Of a DNA stretch of 64,000 nt, positions 1 through 13,522 are shown one piece after another. Origin of the DNA: Octopus vulgaris (Eukaryota); NCBI GenBank assembly GCA_951406725.2, contig OX597831.1:9672001-9736000 (forward strand), written 5' to 3'. Positions within the stretch are counted from its first letter, which is position 1. Every line of letters starts with the position of its first letter. Position numbers and translations under genes: made by a program. The notes beneath the pieces were generated by a model. It did no database searches and was not told the origin of the DNA. It saw only the letters and a list, made by a program, of their open reading frames with translations.

Positions 1-363
1 AATATTCATAATTACGTGTATTCACACAAATATGTACGCTTATATTTGGTAATATATGCCAAACTGTGTGCGCTATATATATATATATAAATAAATATAT
101 ACATACACAGAGGCACACAGTCTCACACACACAAAAATATACAAGGACACACCCACACACCCACATACATACGTTGTTTACTTCGTAAGAATTTAGAAAA
201 TTTGAGAAATGAAAGAAAGAATTCGTTTATAACGATGGAACTCATTATTTACAGACTATTATTCATAGCTGTATCTATTTCGAGTTCCATCGTTAAAGAC
301 GAATTATATATGTATACACGCACAGACACAGACACATACACAAACACATACATACATGTATGT

Positions 364-411
<48 letters not shown>

Positions 412-442
412 CGCACACACACTCACTCATATGCACACGCAC

Positions 443-488
<46 letters not shown>

Positions 489-619
489 CGCGTGTGCGTG
501 TGCATACATGTATATAATGTATATATTTACTTATAGTCTGTTCCAGCTCAATTTCAGAGTTTGTAGAAATGGAAAAGAAACTACACTATTTTTAAAAACC
601 GCGTAAATACTGACATTAT

Positions 620-1250
620 GGCAGGGAGGTAAGAATTTCTTGGTGCCGCAGGCAGAGTGGTCGTGTCCTTCTCAACCGCATCCCATACATAGTTATCCTC
701 TGGACTAAAATCGGGAGAATGAGGAGGCCAGGAATCGGCGCTAGTGAAGTGGAAGAAATTCCCAGATCACCACTTCTATACTTATTCCGAAGGTATGACA
801 ACGAGTTAAATCCTGCTGCCACACAAATGGCCTCCCACCAGCAACCCTCTCCTGTCAAGGCTGGTACAGTCGTTCCCGCAGCTTCCCGTCGCCGTCTAAA
901 TGGAGTCAAAGACCCAGTTCAATGTTATCGGGCGGTGTGTGTTCACTATCACTGGAAAGAAACCCAAAGGCAACCACTGTTTGGACAACGTACTTCATGC
1001 TACATGGAATATATCCATGTTTCGTCTTACAGACTTTACAGTATTTACAGAACATTGAGCAGCAATCATGATGTCGGAATTTTGATACCCGGCGCCAATT
1101 ATCATGATACAGGTAACCCTTTATCAATATCCATGACGTTATCTCAACTACAACTTTAATTGTTGTGCATTCCAACACACTTGACTGCTTACCAATATGT
1201 CAAATAGTTCCTGAAAGAACCGAGACATAAGAATCGTACTGTCTCACTAG
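620..1250 (+). pseudogene. Possible highly decayed Tc1-like transposase relic
   Basis: Weak motif echoes in the correct order: WTKIGRMRRPGIG (cf. W..TG...RRPGSGRP), SRRRLNG..RAVCV (cf. TVRRRL..RRPAVCVPL) and GANYHDTGNPL (cf. VWGAISY..RSPL). No catalytic residues or TIRs found. Confidence 0.2.
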
Positions 1251-1273
1251 TTGATATTCTGTTGCTCATTTTG

Positions 1274-1496
<223 letters not shown>

Positions 1497-1503
1497 GCAT
1501 ATA

Positions 1504-1900
1504 GGCGCAGGAGTTGCTGTGTGGTAAGTAGCTTGCTTACCAACCACATGGTTCCGGGTTCAATCCCACTGCGTGGCACCATGGGCAAGTGTCTTCTACT
1601 ATAGCCTCGGGCCGACCAAAGCCTTGTGAATGGATTTGATAGACGGAAACTGAAAGAAGCCCGTCGTATATATGTATATATATGTATGTGTGTATATGTT
1701 TGTGTGTCTGTGTTTGTCCCACCACCATTGCTTGACAACCAATGGTGGTGTGTTTACGTCCCCGTAACTTAGCGGTTCAGCAAAATACACTGATAGAATA
1801 AGTACTAGGCTTACAAAGAATAAGTCCTGGGGTCGATTTGCTCGACTAAAGGTGGTGCTCCAACATGGCCGCAGTCAAATGACTGAAAGAAGTAAAAAAG
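1504..1900 (+). mobile_element. tRNA-derived SINE family A (CORE-like, internal TA/TG microsatellite), full length
   Basis: A-box-like TTGCTGTGTGGT, B-box GGTTCAATCCC, core GGGCAAGTGTCTTCTACTATAGCC, 3' half ending CAAATGACTGAAAGAAGTAAAA. Several other copies in the window. Confidence 0.88.
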
Positions 1901-1933
1901 TATATATATATATATATACATATATATACGCAT

Positions 1934-1967
1934 ACAACAGGAACATACACACACATCATTTTGAGAA

Positions 1968-2058
<91 letters not shown>

Positions 2059-2092
2059 GGAACAGGGACATACACACAAATAATTTTGAGAA

Positions 2093-2143
<51 letters not shown>

Positions 2144-2190
2144 GAATACAACAGGGACATACACACACATAAGTTTGAGAATATTTATAT
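1934..2190 (+). repeat. Three copies of a ~40-bp unit separated by (TA)n
   Basis: AACAGG(A/G)ACATACACACA..TTTGAGAATA(A/T)TTATA at about 1935, 2061 and 2150. Confidence 0.85.
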
Positions 2191-2930
2191 ATATATATAT
2201 ATATATATGAATGCGTGTACATACGCTTTCTGTTTGAGTGAATATAATAGAATATATATTTATATATATCAATATGTGTGTAAGCCTATATCGCGTGTGT
2301 TTTCGTATGTGAAATTGTGTCTATGCGAATGTGTTTGAGATATGTAATGCTACAGTTTCCAATTTAGCAGATTACCAATGTGGTCCTGTGCTGCGTTAAC
2401 TACAAGGCTTGACTGTTACGTGCAGAACTTTGATTGGTAATATTTTGATTAACTCGGACATCGACGTTGCGTCAATTTTCTGGTTTTATACATAAGTTAT
2501 GAACATAATACCTGTTAGCTGAAAAGATAATAAGATAAAAGGATCTTCAGGTTATAATAAGCTCAAATGTGACAGAGGATTTCGTATGCGATTTCCATGT
2601 TTTAGTTTATGAGCGTCAGCATACAGTTTAGGAGGATTTTGGAGAGAGAAATACTTTATCTTCATTGACAATTGAAATAGATTCCGTCAATGGATTATGA
2701 CTGTGTAAAAGATGTGAAATGTCTGTAATAGTGGGATCCGCTAGCTTCCTGAAGTCTTGGCAACATCAATCATTAATTAATTCAGCTTATTAGTGACTTT
2801 CATTATTCACATAATTAACCACGGCTGGAAATAAAGCGAATACGAAATCCTATATTGCATTTGAAATGATTATAAGCGTCGGATAATTTTATATATTGCA
2901 TATTCTTCGTACGAGTGTTGGACAACACCA

Positions 2931-2969
2931 TTAATAATATTAATGATGATGATAATAATAATGATGATG

Positions 2970-3052
<83 letters not shown>
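2931..3052. repeat. (AAT/GAT)n microsatellite
   Basis: Directly visible. Confidence 0.97.
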
Positions 3053-3053
<1 letters not shown>

Positions 3054-3741
3054 GTAATGTAATTTTATGGTTATCTAACACTTTCATTACAGGAAATACT
3101 AATTCAGAACTATTGGTATTCAATTTGATGATCAGAAAATACCGGAGTCCCTCACAAAATCTCGCATACCACGTACCGACTGATGTATCGAAGATCCATT
3201 CTTGAGAAGGCGACATTTCTGAGTAGCATGATATCGTACTATAAGACATTCAAGAGTTCAAGCCTTTCTTTCCGACAACGGTATCACGTGCAGTTCTCTG
3301 TCCTTCCTTTTCAGCACTTTAAACTTCTGGATCTCCTCCGTGAAAGGTCATTTCCCATTCCCTAGCGGCCGTTATTTTGTAGCTATTCAGTTAGAGGAGA
3401 GCTATTGTCGATCTTACTGTAATACTACGACCTTTGGATAGCAAACATACAGCCTGTTTTTCTGGAGATCAAGTGTGATAAACAAGACTACGATTGGAAT
3501 ATTTCTGTTATACATCAGTATTAGTTCCATTGATAGATAAATACGGGGTTTCTCAACATATTGATATTTGTGAGACCTGATAGAGCCTTCTTGTAGTTTA
3601 CCAGATTTATTAAATGTTCCTGGCGCTAATTAACTAAGATTTAGTTTAGGTAATGAAAATACGCATCAAAATCGCGTATCAGATCTAATAAAGAGATTTT
3701 GATTTTTCTAGCAGGAGGATGTATTTAAGTAATAATTGTTC

Positions 3742-3782
<41 letters not shown>

Positions 3783-3981
3783 GGAAGAGACAGACGGAGA
3801 GGGAGACGAGTGAGAAGAGAGAGGGAGAAGGTGAGAAAAATAGCCACAGGCGAAATACAGCTAAGCATTTTGCCAGATGTGTTAACGGTTCTGCCTCCTT
3901 TGATTAATAATTAATTTATATGTATGTATCTATTTTTATGTATATAGCATCACACACATACACATATATATATACACACAC

Positions 3982-4026
<45 letters not shown>

Positions 4027-4034
4027 ATATATTA

Positions 4035-4425
4035 TTTCTTTACAGCCCACAAGGGGCTAAACATAGAGGGGACAAACAAGGACATTCAGATGGATGAAGT
4101 AGTCGTATTTCGTCTGCCTCTACGTTCTGAGTTCAAATTCCGCCGAAGTCGGCTTTGCCTTTCATCCTTTCGGGGGCGATTAACTAAGTGCCAATTACGC
4201 ACTGGGGTCGATTTAATCGACTTAATCCGTTTGTCTGTCCTTGTTTGTCCACTCTGTGTTTAACCCCTTGTGGGTAGTAAAGAAATAGTCATTTAATCTA
4301 TCGACTCCGAAAGGATGAAAGGCAAAGTCGACCTCGGCGGAATTTGAACTCAGAATGTAAAACCAGACGAAATGCTGCTAAGCTTTTCGCCTGGCGTCCA
4401 AACGTTTCTGTCAGATCACCGCCTT
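4035..4425. mobile_element. SINE family B composite with segments in both orientations
   Basis: Minus-strand tail (4035-4090), plus-strand body and tail (4105-4290), minus-strand head/body (4290-4425). Diagnostic motif GAGTTCAAATTCCGCCGAGGTCGACTTTGCCTTTCATCCTTTCGG. Confidence 0.8.
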
Positions 4426-5186
4426 CTTAAGTAAAAAATACGAATAATAATAATAATAAACCGGTAGTGTTAATACCAATTAGAAGGTTACGCAATATTT
4501 AGGAAAATAATTCACTCCACCACAACCAATCCCTTACAGTATTGCCCATACTTGTAACTGAAGTATATATTATTCATAAGCTATAATGAAATTTTGATGA
4601 AGGTTTTTGTGCTAAGGTGTTGATTCACAGCTCTGTTCGTGTAGGTGATATCACGCAACAGCTTTATGACAACTGTGTGATGAGAATCCTCAAGAAATCT
4701 ATACATGAAAGGTATTAGAGCTTGTGTTAGGTAAATACCAGCACCATCCTTTCAAGCATTAAAGACGAGAAACTAGTTTAAGCTGGGGATTTATGCACAA
4801 TGTCAGTTGTCAGGTTTAGTTTAGAATGCCTGCACTACAAAAAGAGAAACCAACAAAAATATACCAATGAGATAAGCTCCCGAAATCGATATTCATAAAT
4901 ATTACTTGAAAATATTTTTCTTCGAGAATTTCATTGAAGATAAATTTACCTTACGCAATATCAGACATTCTCAGCTTGAGCATTAAGTTTCAACTTTCGT
5001 TCATGTTGCCAAGTTTTTTAATGATGAATATCTTCTATACATTTTTGTGTATGCCTGTGTGTTTGTGTGCGCATGTGCTAACTCAACCACGCCAAAAATA
5101 TACGTCTGAATTGTGCTTGGAAGTTTTATTTACTTTCATGAGGATTTACATACTATCTCAATTAAAAAAGGAAACAAGTACATATT

Positions 5187-5417
5187 TGTTTCTTTACTGC
5201 CCACAGGGGACTAAACATAGAGGGGACAAACAAGGACAGACAAACGGATTAAGTCGATTACATCGACCCCAGTGCGTAACTGGTACTTATTTAATCGACC
5301 CCGAAAGGATGAAAGGCAAAGTCGACCTCGGCGGAATTTGAACTCAGAACGTAATGGCAGACGAAATACGGCTACGCATCTCGCGCGGCGTGCTAACGAT
5401 TATGCTAGCTCGCCGCC
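5187..5417 (-). mobile_element. tRNA-derived SINE family B, full length with 17-bp TSD
   Basis: Head GGCGGCGAGCTAGCA, B-box GAGTTCAAATTCC; TSD GGAAACAAGTACATATT at 5170-5186 and 5418-5434. Confidence 0.9.
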
Positions 5418-7059
5418 GGAAACAAGTACATATTAATAATATACTGGAACTTAAAGATTTCATTATCATCAACATATATATGCTGTCCTCAGAAGCAAAG
5501 TTCATTTGCTCGAATTTCAATTATGTTATACCAACAATTCAGTCTGAATGACGATCCGTGTGTTTCTCTATTTATTTATTAGTTTTTGTTCTTAAAGAAA
5601 AGATTTAACACAACTGAATTCAACTCAATTACTGTACAAATGAATGCGTAAGATAGGTCTCTTTTTTTAACAGCTTCGCTTCAGATTTCCTAAATCTAAC
5701 CTAACTATAGTTATATGAATTACCTTTTCTGACAAACGTATAACACTGCATAAAAATAGTCTGTATCTTCCCCCACCTCTTGAAAACATGCCACACGACA
5801 TTTTACACAAGTACAATGTGCTTATTTGCCCTGTTTCTCTGCTTTTGTAACCATCATAATGTGGAGAAAAATATGTCTGCACGTAAATACGTACGTCAGT
5901 TGGAATTTGCATAATTATAAAGAAATAACGGATGTAGACGAGGGATCAACTCTAAGCAATATAATGAACCTCATTATAGAACGGTTACTTTCTTTTTCTG
6001 ATGTAGATGTAATGTAGGCAATATTATATTAACGGAATTCGAAAACTGATCGCAAAGTTATAAACCAAACGCTGTATATAATTTAGAATGACATTTAATT
6101 GATTCTGGAATTCTACCATTCCTCACCACGCCACTCTATTTTGTCAAAACAATGACAATAATAGCAGAAACAAGCGCAACAATGACAATAAAAAAAACAA
6201 CAATTATGGACAACCATAGAATGCCGTATTAGAAGATAGCTTGAAAAGGAAAATACATTTCCTATTCTATGAAATTCGTGTATTTGTTTCGATTTAAAAT
6301 TATTTAAGTAAAAAGAAGAAAGTTTAAAGATATATTTTTAAGTATCAAAAAATATCTTGAGAGATGTTTTAATTTTGTTTCTATGTAGTTTTTCTATTTC
6401 CTTCAAAATAATATCTCTGTAATATCTCGTGTGTTTTCTTCAATGAGAAAAGTGAATAAAATGTTGTTTGGCTTCCTTTTAACTACGAAGTTTATATTAA
6501 ATTTTAAATTTTTATGTCTCCCCAGAACACATCAATTATTTTAAAGAACAATACACGTCTTCAGAAAGTTCCCCATTGTTTGCCGAACTTTTTGAATTAT
6601 TCAAAGTGGTATTCCATAATCACTATTTCTTTAAGTTATGAAATTGTTTATATTTAAATATCAAATTAAAAAAAACACAGAGTGACTGGAAATTTCGTGT
6701 CGCTCGAAATCTCGATGTAATCTTGACATATGGAAAATTCTGGAAGCTATTTCGTTTTGTTATGCATTGCCTGAGGTGGATGATATATCTACATACACCT
6801 GACAGAAATACAGATAAGTTGTCACATAGATTACTCTGAGATAATCCGGTATCTACTCCAATTCTGAGTGGTGAAGTTAGGAAATGCAGTTTATGGTAAT
6901 ATGTCTAAGCGCAATATACGAATCTAAGTGAGGACGGAGTTCATAACATGCGGTAGGAATTATGAATATTTCCCAAATTAGCTATTTTTTCTATTTTCTT
7001 TTCAATGGATGTGTTGAGTTATCAGCAATCTGTTCTGTCGTCATTCTTCCGTTATTTCC

Positions 7060-7745
7060 ACCAATTGTTCTTGGTTTGAAACTGCTTCCATTTTTTCATG
7101 CTGTTTCTACGGGACTCCATTACTTTCGGTGCTGGGTCTTCTAATACAAAAAAAAAAAATACTTCCATAGGAATTTTTCTCCGTTCTTCGGTATGTCTCT
7201 TCCTTAGCTGATTTATGTGTCTCCTATTTACCCAGCGTGGTTCTTTAATTAGATATATCATATCTTATTTCCTATTTTTTTTGGTTACGGGGACACCCAC
7301 CCAGCCTTCTTTATCTTTTCTGTAGGTTTTAAAATGCACTTTTTCTCCTACCTCGAAATATTTCGTTAGAAATTTCGAATTTCCTTTACATCATCTTTTT
7401 TTCTCTGGAAATAACTTATCAAAATTCGATTTTATTCTTCTTTTGAACATCAACTCTGCGGGTGACTTTCCTGAATTTGTACTTGGGTTGGGTGTTATTC
7501 TCTACAGTCTCAAGAATTTTGTTAGTGCTTCGTCGTTACTTAATTCCTTCCTAGCTTTTCTTCGCTCTTTTGAATGTATCCACGAATCTTTCTACCTGAC
7601 CATTTGGGCTTGGATGGTAAGATGTAGTGAAAATATGCTTTATCGCATACATTTTAGTGTAGTTCTTGAATTCATACCCCAAGAATTGCATTCCATTATC
7701 AGAAACTAACATATCTGGAACATTGTATCGCGCAGACAAGTCATA
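7060..7745 (-). pseudogene. Ty3/gypsy LTR-retrotransposon integrase fragment (frameshifted)
   Basis: VPDMLVSDNGMQF...HIFTTSYHPSPNGQVERFVDTFK (rve core D...E), then YRITPNPST..GKSPAELMF and RRHINQLRKR (C-terminal GPY/F-like region). Confidence 0.85.
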
Positions 7746-10440
7746 TGGGTACTTTATAGTTGTCTTAGCGCTTGGTTTATTGCACCTGTATACTCCTATT
7801 TGCCCGAATAATTGGATAGTATTATACTACAACGCCATAACCAATTAGATTACGATGCTAAATAGTGTAAATTAGATGATGACTTTCAAGTGTCATGCTC
7901 AAGAAAACATCATACATCCCGGTCCAGGAATCGAACTCACTACCTTATGATAGTGTGTCCGACGCTCTAGCCACTTCACTATGACTATGTAGCCAATATT
8001 CCAATACACTAAACTCTCCATAATCTAACAATTTGTCCATTCATTGTACCATAAATAATGACTTACGTTGATACGGAATTGCATCAGTCATGTTAAATTA
8101 TTTTCCACTCGTTGGCATAAGCGACGTTTCACGCTCATATTTTAATGCCAACTTTACTCGAATCTGGAAGAAGAAATGTGTGTGGGACAAAGTATCTAGG
8201 TGTTTATCATTCCCATGAGATTAAATAGAATCTTCCATTTATTCGAAGCCCTATTTCAACGCTTACTCAAAAGTATTAAGAAAAGTCTTTCACCAAGACA
8301 AAATAATTTTATTTCGCGTTATACTAGTTTTTTTCGGTTATGCATATATAACTGTTTGCCAAATTACCAGACAGTAACAGCTAACTGCCGGTCCTCACAT
8401 ATATTGAATATTAAACATATTGTTGATGTGCAAGCATAGCATATTGAATCGAATGTCTTATTTAATAATGACTCTTGATAAAACTATAAAACAGTATTTG
8501 CATTCAGTTAATGGCTTATTAATCTGGCGTCAAATAATTCATTATTAGAAAACATATAGAGATTTGATTCCATCTCAGAGAAATATCTGCTTCTGGAAAA
8601 ATCACATGAAGGTAAATATAAGAAAATAGTTACCATGAAAAACTATAGAAACTATAATATAGATATGAATATTTGAGATCAACATATTAGGAATTACGAA
8701 GGGATACATTCCATTTTATGTAAATATTGTAATCGTTGATGAATGTGAAGTTTTGTGGTAAGACCCAAGAATTTAAGGAGAGAGAAGTGATTATCTACAA
8801 GAATACCATAATTTGGTTGTTGAAAGAGTCATTTAATTTTTTTTTGTCGTCTAGTTAACTGCTTCCTTCACACATCAGGTATGCTCACAGCAATATTTAT
8901 ATAGTTATGTCTCTGTTATATGATCTGAGGACCAAGCGATTGTAGTTGAAACGGATGAAAGAAACGTAAACTTATTTCTCAAAATATACACTTCACTGGG
9001 TGATATGAAAGGAAGATGCTAGCAATGTTAAGTTAATGGTTGTAAAGTCAGAGACAATGTAGTCGATGTATTTGATCATGCTTTCCACCAAGCTTCAACC
9101 AAATCATTTGAAGAGATAAATGTTTCATTGTTTTTTTATTTTTATATAAAATGCAAAATTGGCAACGATAAAATTCATAGAAAGAGCCAGCGCTAAGTAT
9201 TCCATCATTAAAACAAAGCAACGATGGGATGGATTCTGTCATTAAAACATTTTTGTACAGAGAATACTTTGTTGTTAAATAAGAGATTCGTGTGAACTAG
9301 TCTACCATTATAATTACCCTATGTTATGTGTCGTTCACACAATTGGTGTGTGAGATTTTTTGTCCTCAAGAAAACCGTTAACATATTCGCCATCATTAAA
9401 ACAGGCCTGTGGTGGATGCTGTCTATCATTACAACACATCAACAGACGGTTTTATTCTAGAATTAAAATAGCTCTTCTGCATCACCTCTTCTATCACTTG
9501 GCTTCAATAAAAGCAAATTTCGTCTCCACGATATACACCATAAATTCGCAAATTCGTGGAGTCATTGAGGTTTCGTATAGAAAAACTTCTGTTTATAGTT
9601 CGGAATCACTACCAAGTGGTTTTAAATATCACTAAGATAATCTTTGTCCTCGATGTTTTAGGATCAATAAAACCGTGTCAATCCACGGCGTCGGGTTGGT
9701 GGATTGGCACATTGAAAGAACATCGGAGTGAATGCTTTGCGGTAGTTGTTCCAGTGTTCTGAGATCAAATCCCATTTTGCTCTACATGCATTGTAGTCTT
9801 AATCTGTCACCTTGTTTAAGAGAACGATCATGTAGGCGAAGAATTTGTATTGAAGTGTTTTTAGTCCACTCACTCGCAGATATAAGAATTAGATCCTCGG
9901 TTTAAGGATCCTCGGTTTCCTCGTTCCTTCCACCTATTTGGCTGAAACCGCAAAGATGCATGAGCACAGTCTTACTGCTTCCTCGGTAAACATGCGATAT
10001 TCCTGCAGTTGAGAATCGCTAAGGTTACCTTCAGACACACCGAAACACACACACACACGTACACCATGTACACCTACACACACGCATGCATACACACGCA
10101 CACGCATATACACAAACGCTTACACACATGTGCGCGCATGTACACACACGCACATACAACCACACACACATCATAGTTTAGGATTCAAGCAAATCAGGTA
10201 CCCAAGTGGTAAGGCACCAAGTTCGGGTCAAAGGATTAGCAATCGGGTACAAAACAAAATTAGGGGAACGTATACGTACATAGCGAAATATAGAAGGATT
10301 AACTTTTCAGTTGTATATACGTTCACAAGCGCACTACTGAATATACCCCGAGTCACCAGGTTGTATATAGAACCACACACTGCACCATTTCTACCGCGTT
10401 TAATAGATCCACGATTATTGCAGGTTCCGAGTAAATAAAG

Positions 10441-10675
10441 AACAACAGATAAAAATTTGCTTCGTTCACTACAGCTGTTTCAAACGAGTTTTTTTAATTG
10501 GCTGAAGCTACCCAGGTATCATGAAGTGTCACATAATGTTGATTCCTGCAATTTTTTTAAAGATGTAAATTCATCTGGGGAAAGCGTTTTGTTTCGCAAA
10601 ATGTAATAACTCTATTCAATAACAAAATCATGTTTGAAACAGCTGTAGTGAATGAACCAATTTCCATCTGTTGTT
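10441..10675. repeat. Imperfect inverted repeat (arms 10441-10492 and 10624-10675) carrying hammerhead 3' halves
   Basis: AACAACAGAT...TTCACTACAGCTGTTTCAAAC versus GTTTGAAACAGCTGTAGTGAA...ATCTGTTGTT. Confidence 0.75.
10569..10653 (+). ncRNA. Degenerate minimal type-I hammerhead ribozyme
   Basis: Helix I AUUCAU/GUGAAU; core CUGGGGA (A6 mutated); helix II AAGCGUUUUGUU/AACAAAAUCAUGUUU; GAAAC-AGCU-GUA. Confidence 0.55.
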
Positions 10676-10898
10676 ATCCGTCTGTCTGTCTGTCTCTCTG
10701 TCTCTCTCTCTCTGTCACTATCTTTCTCTCTCTCTCAGTCACTATCTCTCTTTATGAACCAATTTCCATCCGTTGTTATATCTCTCTCTCTCTCTGTCTC
10801 TATCTCTCCCATAAAGTACATGTAACTTATATAGGCATTATTCTGCTTCACTCTGTATTTCATATCTTCTCTATAATATTTAAACATTTTCTCGCATC

Positions 10899-10946
10899 GT
10901 CTCTGATGAAGGGATATATAAAATGTCCCAGAAACAGCTGTAAGAC
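10899..10946 (+). ncRNA. Minimal type-I hammerhead ribozyme (PLE pLTR type)
   Basis: GUCU-CUGAUGA-A-GGGAUAU(AUAAA)AUGUCCC-A-GAAAC-AGCU-GUA-AGAC; predicted cleavage after 10942; homologous copy at 63960-64000 on the minus strand. Confidence 0.85.
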
Positions 10947-11013
10947 CTCTTTATAAATTTTTCTGAAATCTATTCACAGCTTTGGATGTTCATCTCATTC
11001 TGTTAATATATAT

Positions 11014-11107
<94 letters not shown>

Positions 11108-13179
11108 GTGTGTTTGTGTATATATATATATATATGTATGTATAGATATAGATATGTGTGTACGTATTGAACACGGATATTGCTCAAAGTGTTGCTTTCT
11201 AGCATGGAATTTGATAAGCGCATAACTGTACTAGGCACAACTCTTAAGAGATTTAAGACAAGCACAAACATACCATGGCGACACTGATAAGTGATTTCCT
11301 CCCTAACTATCATATTCGTATTGTTTCTTGTTCACTTAAAAGGTGCGTTGCATTTTTTCGGTTTCTAATTGATAAATGTTAGCCTCCACACTCTAACATG
11401 TACACAGTTTTATTCACGATGTAAGGTTTCCAGAAACTTCTTGACGTTTCTGGGTTATTTTCTTGTAAGCTGATGATTCATGATATACAGAGATTAGCAG
11501 TAGATTATATAAAGTGCGAAGGGTGATATTGTTTAAAAGACAGTAAGAAATACAAGCCACTTCCGTTTACAAAAAATAGAGCCACGTATACAACGACGCC
11601 CCCCGCCACTTATGCATCCGCCTGTCCATCTGTTATCCCATCCATCCATTCAGCCATCCACATATCTATATATTCTTTCATACACACATACATACACACG
11701 CTCTCACTATCTTTCTTTCCCTCTCTGTCTCGCTGTCCCCCCCTCTCTCTGTGATACACACACACGCCCAGACACATACACACGTGAGTTTGTTGTTACA
11801 TGCAAAGAGAAACGTGTAAACACAGTAGTACTGAACATTTTCTTCCCCAAATATTTTAGTATCAAAACAGATCTTTCATTTAACATGAAGTTGATTCTTA
11901 TGGAAAGTATATCTAATCGTTGAATAGGATCATATCCTATCAACATGTAAGGACGGACACATTTAAAGAGGTTTTCACGCGCAGAAATGCCTTTGTATAA
12001 ACCTTTTAAAAATTGCAAGCAATTCCCGATAAGCAATTTAACACACATTAGAATAAAAACATTGATATATCATCAAAGAAATTATTCCGAAGTATTGCTT
12101 CATATTCTAATGCATATTAAAGTCTATTCGCGTGATTCTAGTTCCTCTACCTCAAACTTATCTTTGAACTCCTTCGATGTTTTGAACCGCACACACATGA
12201 CTTTAGAGCCATATCCTGTTGCATAGATCTATGCGAAAAAATCCATTTCCAGAATTACTGACTTTCTAGCCAGATGGAAATTTTACATTTAATGAAGAAC
12301 ACATCTGTATAGTAAGTTTATTAGATTGCTATAATTTTTCGTTGAAACCTTGTAGCGCTAGAATTTTTCAATGGTTTATTGGCTTCTACTGTGTCGATAA
12401 ATTCCGCCCACATGAAAAGTTGAATACAGCAAAGGAGAAAAAAAATGACATAGGATTAAAATCACAGACGAAAAAGGCGCGGTAAAAAAGGAAATTAACA
12501 GGAGAAAAAATTTCAGATTTCTGATTGATTTAGTATTTTTATCTTCTTACAAGTATATTGTTTTACTGTTAATGTTGAATAAAACGTGATTTGTATATTT
12601 TTTCCCTTACGTTTAATGCTATTATATCAATTGCGCTGCCATTGTGTACAAGTCATGTATTATCAGTTAATAAGCGACTTAAAACGTTTCTTGTTGAATT
12701 ACTTTATCTATTATTTAGTGTTATTTAAATGAGATGTGATATCAATTGTGTGGCTTCTTTACCTAAACAATATCCTAGCGTTTTCTCTCAAACATTTTTC
12801 ATATTACTATATTGCTGTTCATCGTAAATTTAGCTAACACATACTAGTGTGCTATTTCTGATGCAATCTCTTTCTGTCTGTCTGTCTCTCGAACTGAGAA
12901 AAGTAGATATGAACCAAAATGTAATTTCAAGAAATGATATAATATCATTCTTTTATATTTTTACACTAGGTTACAGTTTATACATCGAACTCAAAACTTG
13001 ACTACTTCTTTGTTTTTTGGGAACTCAAAATGAAGGGAGACAAATTGGATGTCGGTTATCACATTCGAGGTATCCGTCATAGGATTCCTGACACGCAAGA
13101 AGAAACAGCCAAAATCCAAACCACTATTAGGGATAAAACTTTGAAGGGAAAGAAAAATAAAAACATATACCGTTTATCG

Positions 13180-13250
13180 CCTGGACCATGGTTTCTGACT
13201 TATTTTTTAGCAAATAAAAAAATTTCCTAGGCGAAGTCTTCATCAACAGG
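13180..13250 (-). ncRNA. Minimal type-I hammerhead ribozyme
   Basis: Minus strand: CCUG-UUGAUGA-A-GACUU...AAGUC-A-GAAAC-CAUG-GUC-CAGG; palindromic helix III ACCAUGGU; GUC cleavage triplet. Confidence 0.8.
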
Positions 13251-13455
13251 TACGCCTAGATTAAACATATAACTATGAGGCAATCCAGCATGTGCCTCGT
13301 GCTTATACATTATAATTTTTTTCGAAGTAAGGCCGGCATTATTTTATTTGCGGCTGACAAAGAACTGCGCTTCCGCGGAGGATTTGAAAAGGTATAATGT
13401 ATAAACAAGGGGCACATGTGGATTGCCTCGTACTTATATGTTTAATCTAGGCGTA

Positions 13456-13522
13456 CCTGTTTTGAAGACTTCGCCTAGCAAATTCTTTTATTTGTTAAAG
13501 AAGTGAGAAACCATGGCCCAGG
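13456..13522 (+). ncRNA. Decayed hammerhead (mirror copy)
   Basis: CCUG-UUUUGA-A-GACUU...AAGUG-A-GAAAC-CAUG-GCC-CAGG; core and U16.1 mutated. Confidence 0.65.

Noticed and set aside
1934-2190. Repeat-spacer pattern resembling a CRISPR array
   Set aside because: The spacers are (TA)n microsatellite, the context is eukaryotic and there are no cas genes.
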